Assembly (NCBI GenBank): GCA_963805855.1
Contig: CAWDVW010000002.1
Coordinates: 160,001 to 224,000 of the forward strand
Length of the DNA: 64,000 nt
From: Candidatus Dadabacteria bacterium
Lineage (GTDB): Bacteria > Desulfobacterota_D > UBA1144 > Nemesobacterales > CSP1-2
Reading direction: 5' to 3'
In this document: positions 36,984-47,556 of the stretch, one piece after another
Numbering within the stretch: position 1 is the first letter of the stretch
How the letters are laid out: each line of letters begins with the position of its first letter
Made by a program: the position numbers and the translations under genes
The notes under the pieces: generated by a model
What the model was told of the DNA's origin: nothing
What the model saw: the letters and a program-made list of their open reading frames with translations, nothing else
The model's database searches: none

Positions 36984-38915
36984 CTACAACCATTTCTCCT
37001 TCCACATTTGAAAAATGAGCAAGAACCATATTTTGTTGACATTTATGGAGACCCCATTATAAAAATCCTTGACATAGGACGAAACTACCTCTGAATTAAA
37101 TATCCCCTCTTTACGTAACCTGTCCTCATTCAGGTACTCTCTTACGAGCTGATGGAGTTCGCCCCTTAGCCACCTTGATAAAGGCGCCACAAAACCTTGC
37201 TTAGGTCGTTCAACTAATTCTCTTGGAACGTGCTTGTCGAGAACCTTCCTCAGAATATATTTGCTTGTACCCTGATGATACTTTAATTTCAGCGGAATGC
37301 GTGCTACGAACTCTAACAACCTATGGTCCAAGAGCGGCTCTCTGCCCTCAAGGCTTACACTCATCGTAGCCCTATCCACCTTTGTCAGGATATCATCGGG
37401 GAGGTATGCCTTGAAATCTAACGCCATTGCCTTACTTAATATTTCACTGTCAGTCATTGACTCGATTGTCTCATCATAGGCTGCATCGTATGCGTAGTTA
37501 TACTTATGGTCAATAACACTCTCCAGTTCTTGTGGTGTCCATTTACTCAGGTTGCATTTGTACATCTCGGTAAGATTTCCATTGTTGGACTCGATCAGCA
37601 TATCCCTCCATTTTATGTACTTATCCTTTATCTCTTTGACCTCTGGCATAACAGCGCTAAAGACTCTATAAAATTCATCAACCCTGGACGGATTTAAACT
37701 TGCCATCGATTTAACCACCGAATTAGTCAGGAATTTGGGCAATCTTAAAAACTTTTCGTATAACCGCACATAGGCCTTATACCTTGAGTATCCACAAAAT
37801 AGCTCATCTCCACCGTCAGCTGAAAGGGCAACCGTTACATCTTTTCTTGCGAGCTGAGACACTAGGTATGTAGGAATTACTGAATGATCTCCGAGAGGCT
37901 CATCATATATTTCAGGAATCCTATAAATTATCTTTGCAGCTTCCTCGACCGATAGATAGTATTCAGTATGATCGGTGCCAAGGTAATCTGCGATACTTTT
38001 CGACCAATAAGCTTCGTTTAGGCGACTTTCATCAAAACCTATCGTAAAGGTCTTCAGTTTACTCCCAATATTATGTTGAAGTAATGCTGTTACAATACTA
38101 GAATCTAAACCACCGCTGAGGAAAACCCCAACCGGAACGTCAGAAATGAGTCTATACTTGAAAGAATTTACTAAGAGCCTCTCCAACTCCAATGTAATTT
38201 CATCTTCCGTGCCCTCGATGGGATCAGCGTTATAAAAATCAACTATATCCCAGTATTTTGTCTCCACTAATTTATTCTTGTATAGACAAAGATAATGGCC
38301 TGGTTTCAATTTAAATGTATCTTGAAAAATTGTGTAGGGTGATTGAATAAAACCAAATCGGAGATAATGAGGAAGTATGCTGAGATCGATTTGTTTGCTG
38401 TAGCCTGGGTGTTTCATCAGCGCCTTGAGTTCCGAAGCAAACAGTAAGACCCCATCTTTGAAATAGTAATATAAGGGTTTTACTCCCACTCTGTCTCTAA
38501 CCAGATATAATTTTTTTTCATTCCGATCCCAGATTGCGATTGCAAACATGCCAATGAATTTATGGACGCATTCTATTCCCCACTCCTCATATGCTTTAAC
38601 TAAGACCTCCGTGTCGGTGTTGCTCCTGAACACATAGCCTTTTTTTTCAAGCTCCCCTCTAATCTCTTTAAAGTTATAGACCTCTCCATTATATGTTATC
38701 CAAATCGTACCACTATCGTTCGCCATCGGCTGATGGCCAAGGGAAGAAAGATCAATAATGGATAACCTTGTGTGGGCTAGTCCTACATTATGTTCCCTAT
38801 CAATGTATAACCCTGAATCATCAGGTCCTCTATGAGCTAAGGTATCCCTCATAGATACCAGAGTTGATTCGTCAGTGAATTTATCTTTACCACAAAATCC
38901 GACTATTCCGCACAC
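36984..38915 (-). CDS. asnB: asparagine synthase (glutamine-hydrolysing) family amidotransferase
   Basis: MCGIVG, HRGPD, RLSIIDL, NGEVYNF, SGGLDSS, DGGDELF. Confidence 0.93.
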   Translation of the reverse strand: MCGIVGFCGKDKFTDESTLVSMRDTLAHRGPDDSGLYIDREHNVGLAHTRLSIIDLSSLGHQPMANDSGTIWITYNGEVYNFKEIRGELEKKGYVFRSNTDTEVLVKAYEEWGIECVHKFIGMFAIAIWDRNEKKLYLVRDRVGVKPLYYYFKDGVLLFASELKALMKHPGYSKQIDLSILPHYLRFGFIQSPYTIFQDTFKLKPGHYLCLYKNKLVETKYWDIVDFYNADPIEGTEDEITLELERLLVNSFKYRLISDVPVGVFLSGGLDSSIVTALLQHNIGSKLKTFTIGFDESRLNEAYWSKSIADYLGTDHTEYYLSVEEAAKIIYRIPEIYDEPLGDHSVIPTYLVSQLARKDVTVALSADGGDELFCGYSRYKAYVRLYEKFLRLPKFLTNSVVKSMASLNPSRVDEFYRVFSAVMPEVKEIKDKYIKWRDMLIESNNGNLTEMYKCNLSKWTPQELESVIDHKYNYAYDAAYDETIESMTDSEILSKAMALDFKAYLPDDILTKVDRATMSVSLEGREPLLDHRLLEFVARIPLKLKYHQGTSKYILRKVLDKHVPRELVERPKQGFVAPLSRWLRGELHQLVREYLNEDRLRKEGIFNSEVVSSYVKDFYNGVSINVNKIWFLLIFQMWKEKWL

Positions 38916-39053
38916 GTTTATATCCTAAAATGACATTTGCCTAAGAGGAATTAACTCTTACGGCGAAATGAGACTAGATAATACATTATAAGTCTTCACT
39001 CTTAATAAGCAATCAAGAATTCGAAACATATATTCTGATAAAACAATGGAAAC

Positions 39054-40220
39054 CTAGAATCCGACAAATCCATTAAGTATTTTTTTTACCCTTTCCTCCC
39101 ATGTGTAACTCCCTACGTCCGCAGCGGATTGAAGGGCTATTTTGGTAGCGAGAGCTTCATCTTCCAACACCCTCTTGATACCTTCAAATAAAGAATCAAC
39201 ACTATCCGGATCGACTACTACAGCATTTATATTATCATGGAGTATTTCTGAGACGGTGGGAAGATCTGTCGCAACTATTGGTCGGCATGATGCCATAAAC
39301 TCAAAGAGTTTTAACGGAGAAGTAAATCCTGTTGCATTTGTTCCACCCTGTATTGTCATCTCAGATGTATAGGGTATCACCAGTGTGTCAGCAGCGAAAA
39401 GATAAAGTGGCACAACATTGTGTGGGACGAAACCAACAAGCTTAAAATTTTCCAACTTTTTTTGAGCAACCTTATGTCTATACACGTTAATATCACTATC
39501 AAGTCCTCCAACGATTAAAAAAAGCACGTCTGGAAGCCTGCTTGAAACCTCGACCAGTAGATCGATACCCCTCCCTCTATAGATGTTCCCGGAGTAACAA
39601 ACGATTTTTTTATTCGGGGGGAGGCCAAGCTTCCCCCGAGCTTCGAGTTTGGATGTAACACTACCGAATTGTTCTAGATCGACGCCATTGTGGGCAACGA
39701 CAAGCTTTTCTTCAGGAAGACCCAAACGAGCGTATATCTTTCCCAGACCTTCAGAGTTCGTCGAGAATCTTACTAAGTATTTTGACTTCTTGAATCTGTC
39801 AAATGCTAACTTCGCGGGTCTATTCACGAGTGGATGATGGGCATCATATATAGTTGGTATCCCGAAATATACAGTGGATAGATAGGTAAAAATGATGTTT
39901 CGAGTGAGTACTAGATTGTACTCCTGTTTATTGAACCATAGATAGAATGCGCTGTAAGTACCATGAATAAAATGCCTCAAGGGACCATTTGTAGATGGAA
40001 TTGTAGTTATTATATTGAAAATTGGTTCAACACCGTAACACTTAAAAATATCAATTCTTGAGTCATAAGCCTGAAGTATTAGGTCGACATTAATTCCGAG
40101 CCTTGCAATAGCCTGGCACATTTTCATCACATGGATAGGACTTGCTCCCCTCAAAAAGAGTTCGGGACTGCCCACATATGCAACTTTTAACCTCTTTTTA
40201 TCTTTCAATTTTCTCAACAA
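39054..40220 (-). CDS. glycosyltransferase family 4
   Basis: NGVDL, YSGNIYRGRG, SPLKLFEFMASCRPIV. Confidence 0.9.
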   Translation of the reverse strand: MLRKLKDKKRLKVAYVGSPELFLRGASPIHVMKMCQAIARLGINVDLILQAYDSRIDIFKCYGVEPIFNIITTIPSTNGPLRHFIHGTYSAFYLWFNKQEYNLVLTRNIIFTYLSTVYFGIPTIYDAHHPLVNRPAKLAFDRFKKSKYLVRFSTNSEGLGKIYARLGLPEEKLVVAHNGVDLEQFGSVTSKLEARGKLGLPPNKKIVCYSGNIYRGRGIDLLVEVSSRLPDVLFLIVGGLDSDINVYRHKVAQKKLENFKLVGFVPHNVVPLYLFAADTLVIPYTSEMTIQGGTNATGFTSPLKLFEFMASCRPIVATDLPTVSEILHDNINAVVVDPDSVDSLFEGIKRVLEDEALATKIALQSAADVGSYTWEERVKKILNGFVGF

Positions 40221-40513
40221 TACCTGAAGAATAAGAAATCAATAACGGCTTTGACTTAAGATCAAACCTCTAATAAATCAGGGGGCCGAATTATAACTGA
40301 GGCATATTATTTATATTAATTTACGGTATCAGATCTTCGAGGACAAACGCCACTGGTGTTATCGTGAAATAATAGAGGTACAACCGTCCTGGATATCTAT
40401 CCACCATACACCGAAAAATAAACGAATTTATATTAAAACTAATCCATACGGTTAATCAGCATAATAGAAAAAGACACCAACAGCTTGTAGATAGCGCGGA
40501 TGACGAATTACGC

Positions 40514-41728
40514 CTAGCCATACCTGAGTGATTCTATCGGATCTAACCGAGAGGCTTTTCTTGCCGGGTAGATACCAAAAAAAATCCCCACGATTGCGGC
40601 GAAACCAAATGATAAAAGTATTGAAGTTGCTGAAACCACCGACGGCCAATTTATGAATGACGATGAAATCATCGATGCCGATATGCCTAAAATCACCCCT
40701 ATCAACCCCCCGATTACAGATAGCAGCACAGCCTCAATCATAAACTGGATGAGTATATCCCACTCTTTGGCCCCGACAGCCATTCTAATACCGATCTCTC
40801 TTGTCCGTTCCTTCACAGACACCAGCATAATGTTCATTATTCCAATTCCTCCTACTATGAGAGATATAGAGGCAATGCTACCGAGAAGGACAGTCATTAT
40901 CTTTGAAATGGTAAAGATTCTTTCTATATGTATGAGCTGGGTATTTATGTAGAAATCATTTTCCATATCCTCGTTAAGGTTTCGTCGGTCCCTCAATGTC
41001 TTCGTTATCTCTAGTTGTGCGAGGGGAATATCTTCTTTTGAGTCCACCGAGACGGAGATATTCTCTATATAAGAAATGCCCATTATTCGCTTCTGAACGG
41101 TCGTGTAAGGAATCAGCAGCAGATCGTCCTGGTCCTCGCCGCTAGGGGTCTGCCCTATAGTACTCATCACTCCAATTACTTTGTAAGAGAAGTTACCTAT
41201 TCTTATTTTCTCTCCCATCGGATCCTGATTACCAAATAACTTTGATGCAACTGTAGTTCCTATGACACAGACTAATTCAGCATTTCTTACGTCTTGCTTA
41301 TTAAAAAAGCTCCCACTATCGGGAAACCAGTCGTTGATATAAGTAAATTCCGGTGAGACGCCTACTATCGTAGTGAACCAGTTCATGTTACCGGATGCTA
41401 CTTGTTCCGCCGTATCAATTATCTCCGACACTTGATTGACAATGCTTAGACTTCTAATTGCATCCGCGTCACCGGGCATTAATGGCTTTTCCTGGTTTAG
41501 ATTAAGCGTCGTACCACTTCTTGCTCTCTTTCCCGCATTAACAATTAACGAATTGCCACCCAGACCCGTTAAATTTTCTTCAATCATGAGTTTTGCACCC
41601 TGCGTAAGTGCCATCATAGTTATTACCGCCGCAACCCCTATGATAATGCCTAGAGTAGTAAGGATTGACCGAACCTTGTAACTTCTTAATGCCTTGTAAG
41701 CAATTTTAGATGCAACCCATAGATTCAT
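40514..41728 (-). CDS. MacB/FtsX-like ABC transporter permease
   Basis: RSILTTLGIIIGVAAVI, GGIGIMNIMLVSVKERTREIGIRMAVGA. Confidence 0.93.
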   Translation of the reverse strand: MNLWVASKIAYKALRSYKVRSILTTLGIIIGVAAVITMMALTQGAKLMIEENLTGLGGNSLIVNAGKRARSGTTLNLNQEKPLMPGDADAIRSLSIVNQVSEIIDTAEQVASGNMNWFTTIVGVSPEFTYINDWFPDSGSFFNKQDVRNAELVCVIGTTVASKLFGNQDPMGEKIRIGNFSYKVIGVMSTIGQTPSGEDQDDLLLIPYTTVQKRIMGISYIENISVSVDSKEDIPLAQLEITKTLRDRRNLNEDMENDFYINTQLIHIERIFTISKIMTVLLGSIASISLIVGGIGIMNIMLVSVKERTREIGIRMAVGAKEWDILIQFMIEAVLLSVIGGLIGVILGISASMISSSFINWPSVVSATSILLSFGFAAIVGIFFGIYPARKASRLDPIESLRYG

Positions 41729-41857
41729 GACAACCCTTTATCAATATTGCTTAAAGCATATCGATTTTTCTAACTTCAATCCAGCAACAATTGAATCAAA
41801 CAAATCTTGATGAACCCACCCTTGCAATCTACTTATTGATTTTTATCCATCACAATC

Positions 41858-43582
41858 TCAATTGCCGTTACTTAAATATCTACTCTCCCAAATATTAAAA
41901 ACTAGAAGGGAAAATATTCTTCTGTCCTGATTCAACAAATGATTCGAATGTAGACGTAAAAGTTTTTCGATATAGCTCCTCTTAAAAAATCTTTCTTCGC
42001 CGCCGAGCAGTATATCCCTTACATGTTCATCCCACTCATGTCGAATCCACTTAGCTAAGGGTGGATTAAGACCTCGCTTACGGTTTAAGGGAAATTCAGG
42101 AGGAAGAAACTTAGCCGCAAGTTTCTTTAAAAGATATTTTGTTACCCCCCCTCTAATCTTCATATTCCCTGGCACCTCGGTAAAAGCAAACTCTATAAGT
42201 TTCGTGTCCAGAAAAGGGGCTCGAACACTAATCGAAAAATTTCTACAAATCTTTTCCATCTTTGGAAGAGAATCGTTAGCAGTATCAATAAGCTCCAGGT
42301 ATGTCAGTATCCCAGTGAGGGAATTTACGTCTGGTAGATCTTGTTTATCAGGCTCGTATAAACTGTTACCAAGCTCATCCAGCACCCAATCCTGGAATAA
42401 CCTTTCCCTTAGGGTGGAATCAAACACTGTCTCCCTCTTTGAATAGAAATCAATTGGTGACAAATTCTCCAAAAAGATTCGCCACTTAGCTTCTTCGGGT
42501 ATAAGCTTGACTAGCTTTTTCAAAATCATGTCAAAGGGCGGAACAATAAGCTTGTTGATCTTCATGTTTCTAATAACCTGGGAATGGGTTCTCATGCCCG
42601 TGAAAAGGCTGTCTGCCCCGTCGCCCGTCATAACTGCATCAACGCATTGACCGGCAATTTTACAGCCGTCAAATGTCGGGATAATAGACGGATCACCAAT
42701 TGGCTCATCAAACAGGAACACGGACTCAAGAAAATCATCAAAATTGGGACCAACCACAATTTCTCTATGGTCGGTATTAAAATAATTTGCAATGAGTCTA
42801 GCGTGAGGCAACTCGCTGTATTTTTCTTCATTGAACCCGACGCTAAAAGTCTTCAGCCGCCGGGAGGAAAACCTGCTCATTAAAGCCACAACCAAGCTTG
42901 AATCTACTCCACCGCTGAGGAATGCACCCAGAGATTTTTCGCCTTTCATCCTTAACTTTAAGCTATCGATCAGCATTACCTCAAGCTTCTCCAATAGTTC
43001 ATCTTCATTGCCTGATTCTGGTTCAGAAATATGAAGCTCCCAATATCTTCTTATTTCAAGCATTCCAGACTTTAAATCGAACCTGAGTACCGCACCCGGA
43101 AGAAGCTTTTTTACATTTTTGAAAATGCAAAGTTCATCAGGAACATTACGTGAAGCAATAAAGTGGTTTAAGGCTGTTAAATCAATCTCCTTATGGAACT
43201 TTGGTGTTCCAATTATCGAATCAACTTTCGATGAAAAAATAAATCTTCCATTGTAATTTGTATAATATAGGAATTTTTCCCCTAAAGGGTCTCTTACTAT
43301 AAATAAAATATTTTTCTCTTTATCATAGACACAAAAGGAAAAAGCACCATTGAATTTCTTTACGCACTCTTCTCCCCATTCCCGGTAAGCACAACCAACG
43401 ATCTCGGAATCGGTCCCACTCTTAAGTTTATGGTCCTTTTTTTCCAGGGTAGCTACGAGTTCCTGACGGTTGTAGATTTCACCGTCGAATGTAACACTCA
43501 GAAAACCGCCTCGCCCCTCCAGTAATTCCTGATTATTTAGAATTACCTTTCCCCCATCGTAAATCCCAAATATGTTACTCAT
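41858..43582 (-). CDS. asparagine synthase-like amide ligase with a degenerate glutaminase domain
   Basis: Starts MSNIFG (no Cys1), lacks HRGPD, has DGEIYN; retains SGGVDSS and TGDGADSLF. Confidence 0.85.
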   Translation of the reverse strand: MSNIFGIYDGGKVILNNQELLEGRGGFLSVTFDGEIYNRQELVATLEKKDHKLKSGTDSEIVGCAYREWGEECVKKFNGAFSFCVYDKEKNILFIVRDPLGEKFLYYTNYNGRFIFSSKVDSIIGTPKFHKEIDLTALNHFIASRNVPDELCIFKNVKKLLPGAVLRFDLKSGMLEIRRYWELHISEPESGNEDELLEKLEVMLIDSLKLRMKGEKSLGAFLSGGVDSSLVVALMSRFSSRRLKTFSVGFNEEKYSELPHARLIANYFNTDHREIVVGPNFDDFLESVFLFDEPIGDPSIIPTFDGCKIAGQCVDAVMTGDGADSLFTGMRTHSQVIRNMKINKLIVPPFDMILKKLVKLIPEEAKWRIFLENLSPIDFYSKRETVFDSTLRERLFQDWVLDELGNSLYEPDKQDLPDVNSLTGILTYLELIDTANDSLPKMEKICRNFSISVRAPFLDTKLIEFAFTEVPGNMKIRGGVTKYLLKKLAAKFLPPEFPLNRKRGLNPPLAKWIRHEWDEHVRDILLGGEERFFKRSYIEKLLRLHSNHLLNQDRRIFSLLVFNIWESRYLSNGN

Positions 43583-43779
43583 GAAAGATTATTATGAATT
43601 ATTCAGTAGCATTTACAACTTGATTATTCTCATGATATGAGAATAACTTTTGGTGAGAAACTCTCAATTATAGACGATTTTCGGGTAACATTGTGGGTCG
43701 AAAGGTCCGCAAACATCTAAAACTGTTAGAGGGTGAATAACCCTGCTAGCAGTCGAAGGGGACGGAGCAATCCCAAAAG

Positions 43780-43905
43780 ATGAGATTGCTTCAATTTCGG
43801 GATTTATCCTGAGTAAATCGAAGGGCAAATTTCGCAATGACCTATGGTGGTAGGTTTGTATGTCATAGCAGCGGGGACGCTGCAGCAAGCTAAAGGGAAT
43901 TCGCT
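43780..43905. repeat. nested repeat cluster (AGATTGCTTC..TCGCAATGAC enclosing CTGAG..TCGAAG; also a degenerate GCAGCAAGCT hairpin)
   Basis: gagattgcttc..atttatcctgagtaaatcgaagggcaaat..tcgcaatgac. Confidence 0.65.
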
Positions 43906-43937
43906 ATTTCAGCCTATTAGGCACGCAGCGTTCATCA

Positions 43938-44426
43938 ATGATAGAAATATCACTCATAAAAGACAACGCAAATTACCAAAAAGAAAATCTGGACACAATG
44001 GAAAATTTGTTTAAAAAAAATTTCATCACACGTGAGCATAACGAGCTGGAAAAATTGTTTAAATCAGACATACCCGAGATTCGAATTCATTTGCGACTGG
44101 TGCAGGGTGTTTTACCAGTGGTAATCTTCAGAGCAATCGGCAACGACATGTTTAAAACGATTAGTAATGAAACCTTTTTGAAGGCATTTCTAAACCCCTC
44201 TTCACAGGCGACACCATCTCTGGTATTCCATTTTGAAGGAGTAACCAAGTCATTCGACTTCAAGATACAATCAAAAGATGAAGAGCAAATCAAACTCGGC
44301 TCAAAGACGGTGTTCGATGAACTTTTGAATTTTCTGAATGCTGAAAAACTACCAACTATAGACAAGGAGTCTCGTTTCTTTGAGTATCTAGACGGAGAAT
44401 GGAAGGAGACGGTAAAGCGACTTTAA
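43938..44426 (+). CDS. hypothetical protein
   Basis: 162-aa ORF filling the gap; no motif recognised. Confidence 0.6.
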   Translation: MIEISLIKDNANYQKENLDTMENLFKKNFITREHNELEKLFKSDIPEIRIHLRLVQGVLPVVIFRAIGNDMFKTISNETFLKAFLNPSSQATPSLVFHFEGVTKSFDFKIQSKDEEQIKLGSKTVFDELLNFLNAEKLPTIDKESRFFEYLDGEWKETVKRL

Positions 44427-44536
44427 TAACACAGAGAGGAAAAATGATTGAAAAACATTTATGACGTCATAATACTTTACCTACGTAATTCCTCAATTTG
44501 AGCACGTTTATTGAGTGTGATAGAATCCAAGCAATT

Positions 44537-45814
44537 ATGAAAGTCAGATCAATAAGGGGCTTTAATGACATTCTGCCCGAGACGATAAAGAGATGGCAAG
44601 TCATCGAGGAAGAAGCCAGAAAGACATTTGAACTATATGGATTTTCTGAAATAAGGACCCCAGTAGTTGAGTTTACGGAAATCTTTGCGAGGAGTATTGG
44701 AACAACTACTGACATAGTAGAAAAGGAGATGTATACATTTACCGATAGAGATGGTTCATCTATCACGCTGCGCCCGGAAGGCACTGCCGGCGTCGTTAGA
44801 TCGTTTATAGAAAATTCCATATATGCCCGGGCAACAATTACAAAGTTATACTACATGGGCATGATGTTCAGACACGAAAGGCCTCAGAAGGGGCGGTACA
44901 GGGGATTTTACCAGATCGGTGCGGAGCTATTCGGCACAAATGACCCGTATGCAGATGCTGAAATTATTGACATGCTATGGGAGTTCCTGAAATTAGTTGG
45001 AATAACCGGCCTGCTCAGGCTTGAGATAAGCTCTCTTGGGGATGGAAATTGTCGTCCTCAATACAAACGAAAACTTAATGATTACTTTAAACCAAGGAGA
45101 AATGAGCTTTGTGATAACTGTCAGAGGAGACTCGAGGTCAATCCACTTAGAATCCTCGATTGTAAGGAAAATAAATGTAGGGAAATTTCAAAGGATGCCC
45201 CAACCATGCTTGAAAGTCTCTGTGACAAGTGTGAGGAGCATTTGGAAAAAGTTAGAGAATCACTGGGCAATTTGGGTATTAAGTATATTTTAAATCCAAG
45301 TATTGTTCGGGGTCTTGATTACTACACCCGAACTGTCTTTGAAATCACCACAGAGAAACTGGGGGCGCAAAATGCTGTGGCAGCCGGTGGCAGATATGAC
45401 GGCTTGGTCGAAGAACTGGGTGGACCCTCAACGCCAGCCGTTGGGTTTTCGATAGGAATGGAAAGACTTGTATTGCTCCACGAGATGGTGGCTCCAGACG
45501 CCTTCCAGAAGGAATTGGAAGTTTTCATTGCTTTTCTTGGCGAGAAAGCAAAAAAAACGTCATTTAAACTAGCGTATGACCTCAGGATGCGAGGCCTATC
45601 CGTAGAAATGGACTATGAAAACAAGAGCCTGAAAAGCCAGCTCAGGAGGGCCGATAAGCTTGGTTCTAAATTCGCAGTGATTGTAGGAGAAGAAGAGCTA
45701 GGCAGGGGCAAAGTGAAGCTACGAAATATGAAAGAGAGCACTGAGGAAGAATTTGACATAGAAGATTTAAATAAGCTTGCCAGCAAGATTAAGATAGAAT
45801 CGAGTCATCAATAA
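44537..45814 (+). CDS. hisS: histidine--tRNA ligase
   Basis: LRPEGTAGVVR, FRHERPQKGRYRGFYQ, VRGLDYY, GGRYDGL. Confidence 0.97.
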   Translation: MKVRSIRGFNDILPETIKRWQVIEEEARKTFELYGFSEIRTPVVEFTEIFARSIGTTTDIVEKEMYTFTDRDGSSITLRPEGTAGVVRSFIENSIYARATITKLYYMGMMFRHERPQKGRYRGFYQIGAELFGTNDPYADAEIIDMLWEFLKLVGITGLLRLEISSLGDGNCRPQYKRKLNDYFKPRRNELCDNCQRRLEVNPLRILDCKENKCREISKDAPTMLESLCDKCEEHLEKVRESLGNLGIKYILNPSIVRGLDYYTRTVFEITTEKLGAQNAVAAGGRYDGLVEELGGPSTPAVGFSIGMERLVLLHEMVAPDAFQKELEVFIAFLGEKAKKTSFKLAYDLRMRGLSVEMDYENKSLKSQLRRADKLGSKFAVIVGEEELGRGKVKLRNMKESTEEEFDIEDLNKLASKIKIESSHQ

Positions 45815-46293
45815 ACGCTTTCCGGCGATAAAACCCAAGCGACCATCCATCCATTCCCTGGACTAGGAAATTTTATTGAGTCATCACGATTCAAGCAAAC
45901 GATAGTACCGGGCTGAAAACCTACTATTGAACGCTCTGAATCAGCTATGAGCAAAAGACTCAACAGCCTCGAAAGAAATGGTAAATGTCCTACAAGCATC
46001 AGTGATTTCTCTTCTGCGCAAAGTAAGTCTGCCACTGGATTGACATCGTCATTCGGAGCAAGCCCTTTAATCGCCTTAACTCTATCAGCTATGGACAACC
46101 CTTTTGCTATTATCTCGGCGGTTTCTCTCGCCCTTAATTTTTCACTACAGTTTATCTCTTCTGGCCAAGTCCCCAGTCTACTTAAACAGTCAGTTACTCT
46201 TTTTACACCCCGTTTACCCTCCGCCGATAATGGCCTTAAGGCGTCCTCTGATTCGCTTTGCGCTTCACCATGCCTTACTAGATAAAAGTACAT
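45808..46293 (-). CDS. sixA: phosphohistidine phosphatase SixA
   Basis: LVRHGEA, RPLS, RARETA, LVGHLP. Confidence 0.9.
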   Translation of the reverse strand: MYFYLVRHGEAQSESEDALRPLSAEGKRGVKRVTDCLSRLGTWPEEINCSEKLRARETAEIIAKGLSIADRVKAIKGLAPNDDVNPVADLLCAEEKSLMLVGHLPFLSRLLSLLLIADSERSIVGFQPGTIVCLNRDDSIKFPSPGNGWMVAWVLSPESVY

Positions 46294-46315
46294 GGAACTA
46301 TTTAAGAAGATAAAA

Positions 46316-46843
46316 TCACTTTACTCTCTTAATTACGCCGCATGCTATCCGCGCTCCAGCATCGCCTGCGGGATCGGTCGTTTGGTCATCCTTTCCGGCA
46401 TGCATCACAAGCGCAGTCCCTCCCGGTTGAAATAGAGAGTTCTTGCCCTTCTCAAGGGTTGCCAATGGGGCTAAAACAACCGCTGAGGCAGTACCATCAG
46501 GTCCTACTAGAAGATTGGGCATGTCTCCCACGTGCGATCCTTCAGGGTTTTTTAAGCCATGCTTTCTTCCGAAGGGATTGAAGTGTCCCCCAGCAGATTT
46601 GAAATCAGGTGTTTCACACTTACCAACAGCATGAATATGAAATCCATGAAGTCCCTGAGCTATATCATGCACTTGGACAGCTATTTCAACACCGTCGGGC
46701 CCCTCTACAAAGGTTGCATACCCCACGGTTTTCCCTTGATTATTTATTAGCTCGGAAGCAGCCATTTTCGAGTCTGCCCGAGAATAATAACCATTGAAAA
46801 TCAGCAAGAATATTATTGTAACAATAAAAGCTGGACCTCTCAT
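46316..46843 (-). CDS. sodC: Cu/Zn superoxide dismutase (signal peptide)
   Basis: HGFHIH, SAGGHFNP, HVGDMPN, GARIACG; GGAGG RBS before MRGP. Confidence 0.93.
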   Translation of the reverse strand: MRGPAFIVTIIFLLIFNGYYSRADSKMAASELINNQGKTVGYATFVEGPDGVEIAVQVHDIAQGLHGFHIHAVGKCETPDFKSAGGHFNPFGRKHGLKNPEGSHVGDMPNLLVGPDGTASAVVLAPLATLEKGKNSLFQPGGTALVMHAGKDDQTTDPAGDAGARIACGVIKRVK

Positions 46844-46862
46844 AGAGCACCTCCTCGCATTC

Positions 46863-47300
46863 TCAATTTGATTCAACTTTTTTAAAACACGTAGCGCAAA
46901 ATTTTGCTCCAGCATATAACTCAGCACCACACTCGCATTTTCCGATGACCATCGGCTTCGCGAGCGATTTTAAGTTGCCGAGTTCCTTCTGAGCACTTAG
47001 ATGAACCATTCTCAACTCCTCCTCCCTTCCTTCAATTTCATCCTCGATACTCGAAATATCCATGCATTTCAATCTTATGCTTTCCTCGTTAAATTTATTG
47101 TTGTGCTTGAACATCCTGTATACGGCATTACCAACATCTTCTATGTTTCTTCTCCTCTTCTTCGTAAGTTTCTGTATTTGATTCTTAATCTTCAACGTTT
47201 CATAGGCTTCTTTAGACCTAATATTTACGATTCGCAGTCCTTTGTTCAACCCATATCTCAATTTGGTAATAAGATCAGAATCTTCATTTATTTCAGCCAT
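46863..47300 (-). CDS. coiled-coil protein with C-terminal zinc ribbon
   Basis: CECGAELYAGAKFCATC; AGGAG RBS. Confidence 0.75.
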   Translation of the reverse strand: MAEINEDSDLITKLRYGLNKGLRIVNIRSKEAYETLKIKNQIQKLTKKRRRNIEDVGNAVYRMFKHNNKFNEESIRLKCMDISSIEDEIEGREEELRMVHLSAQKELGNLKSLAKPMVIGKCECGAELYAGAKFCATCFKKVESN

Positions 47301-47556
47301 AAATGTCTCCTTACAATTTATCGAATTTTGGATGGCTATTGAGTTTGCTCAGAAAGGATAATATATTACCACAGCCTTACCATTTATAAAAAAATTGATA
47401 CCTAACAAGATACATAATCAAGCATAAACATTAGGACATATTTCCAGGTATTATTAACTCCCTTGAGCGTAATACTCAAGAACATTTCATTTATTTGAGA
47501 TGTGAGATATTACTTCCATTTTGAAAGCAATTTAGCAGAAATTACAGAGAGTTATA

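Noticed and set aside
41858-43582. Lasso peptide cluster around the Cys-less AsnB
   Set aside because: No B1/B2 leader-processing genes or precursor peptide seen; the context is glycosyltransferases.
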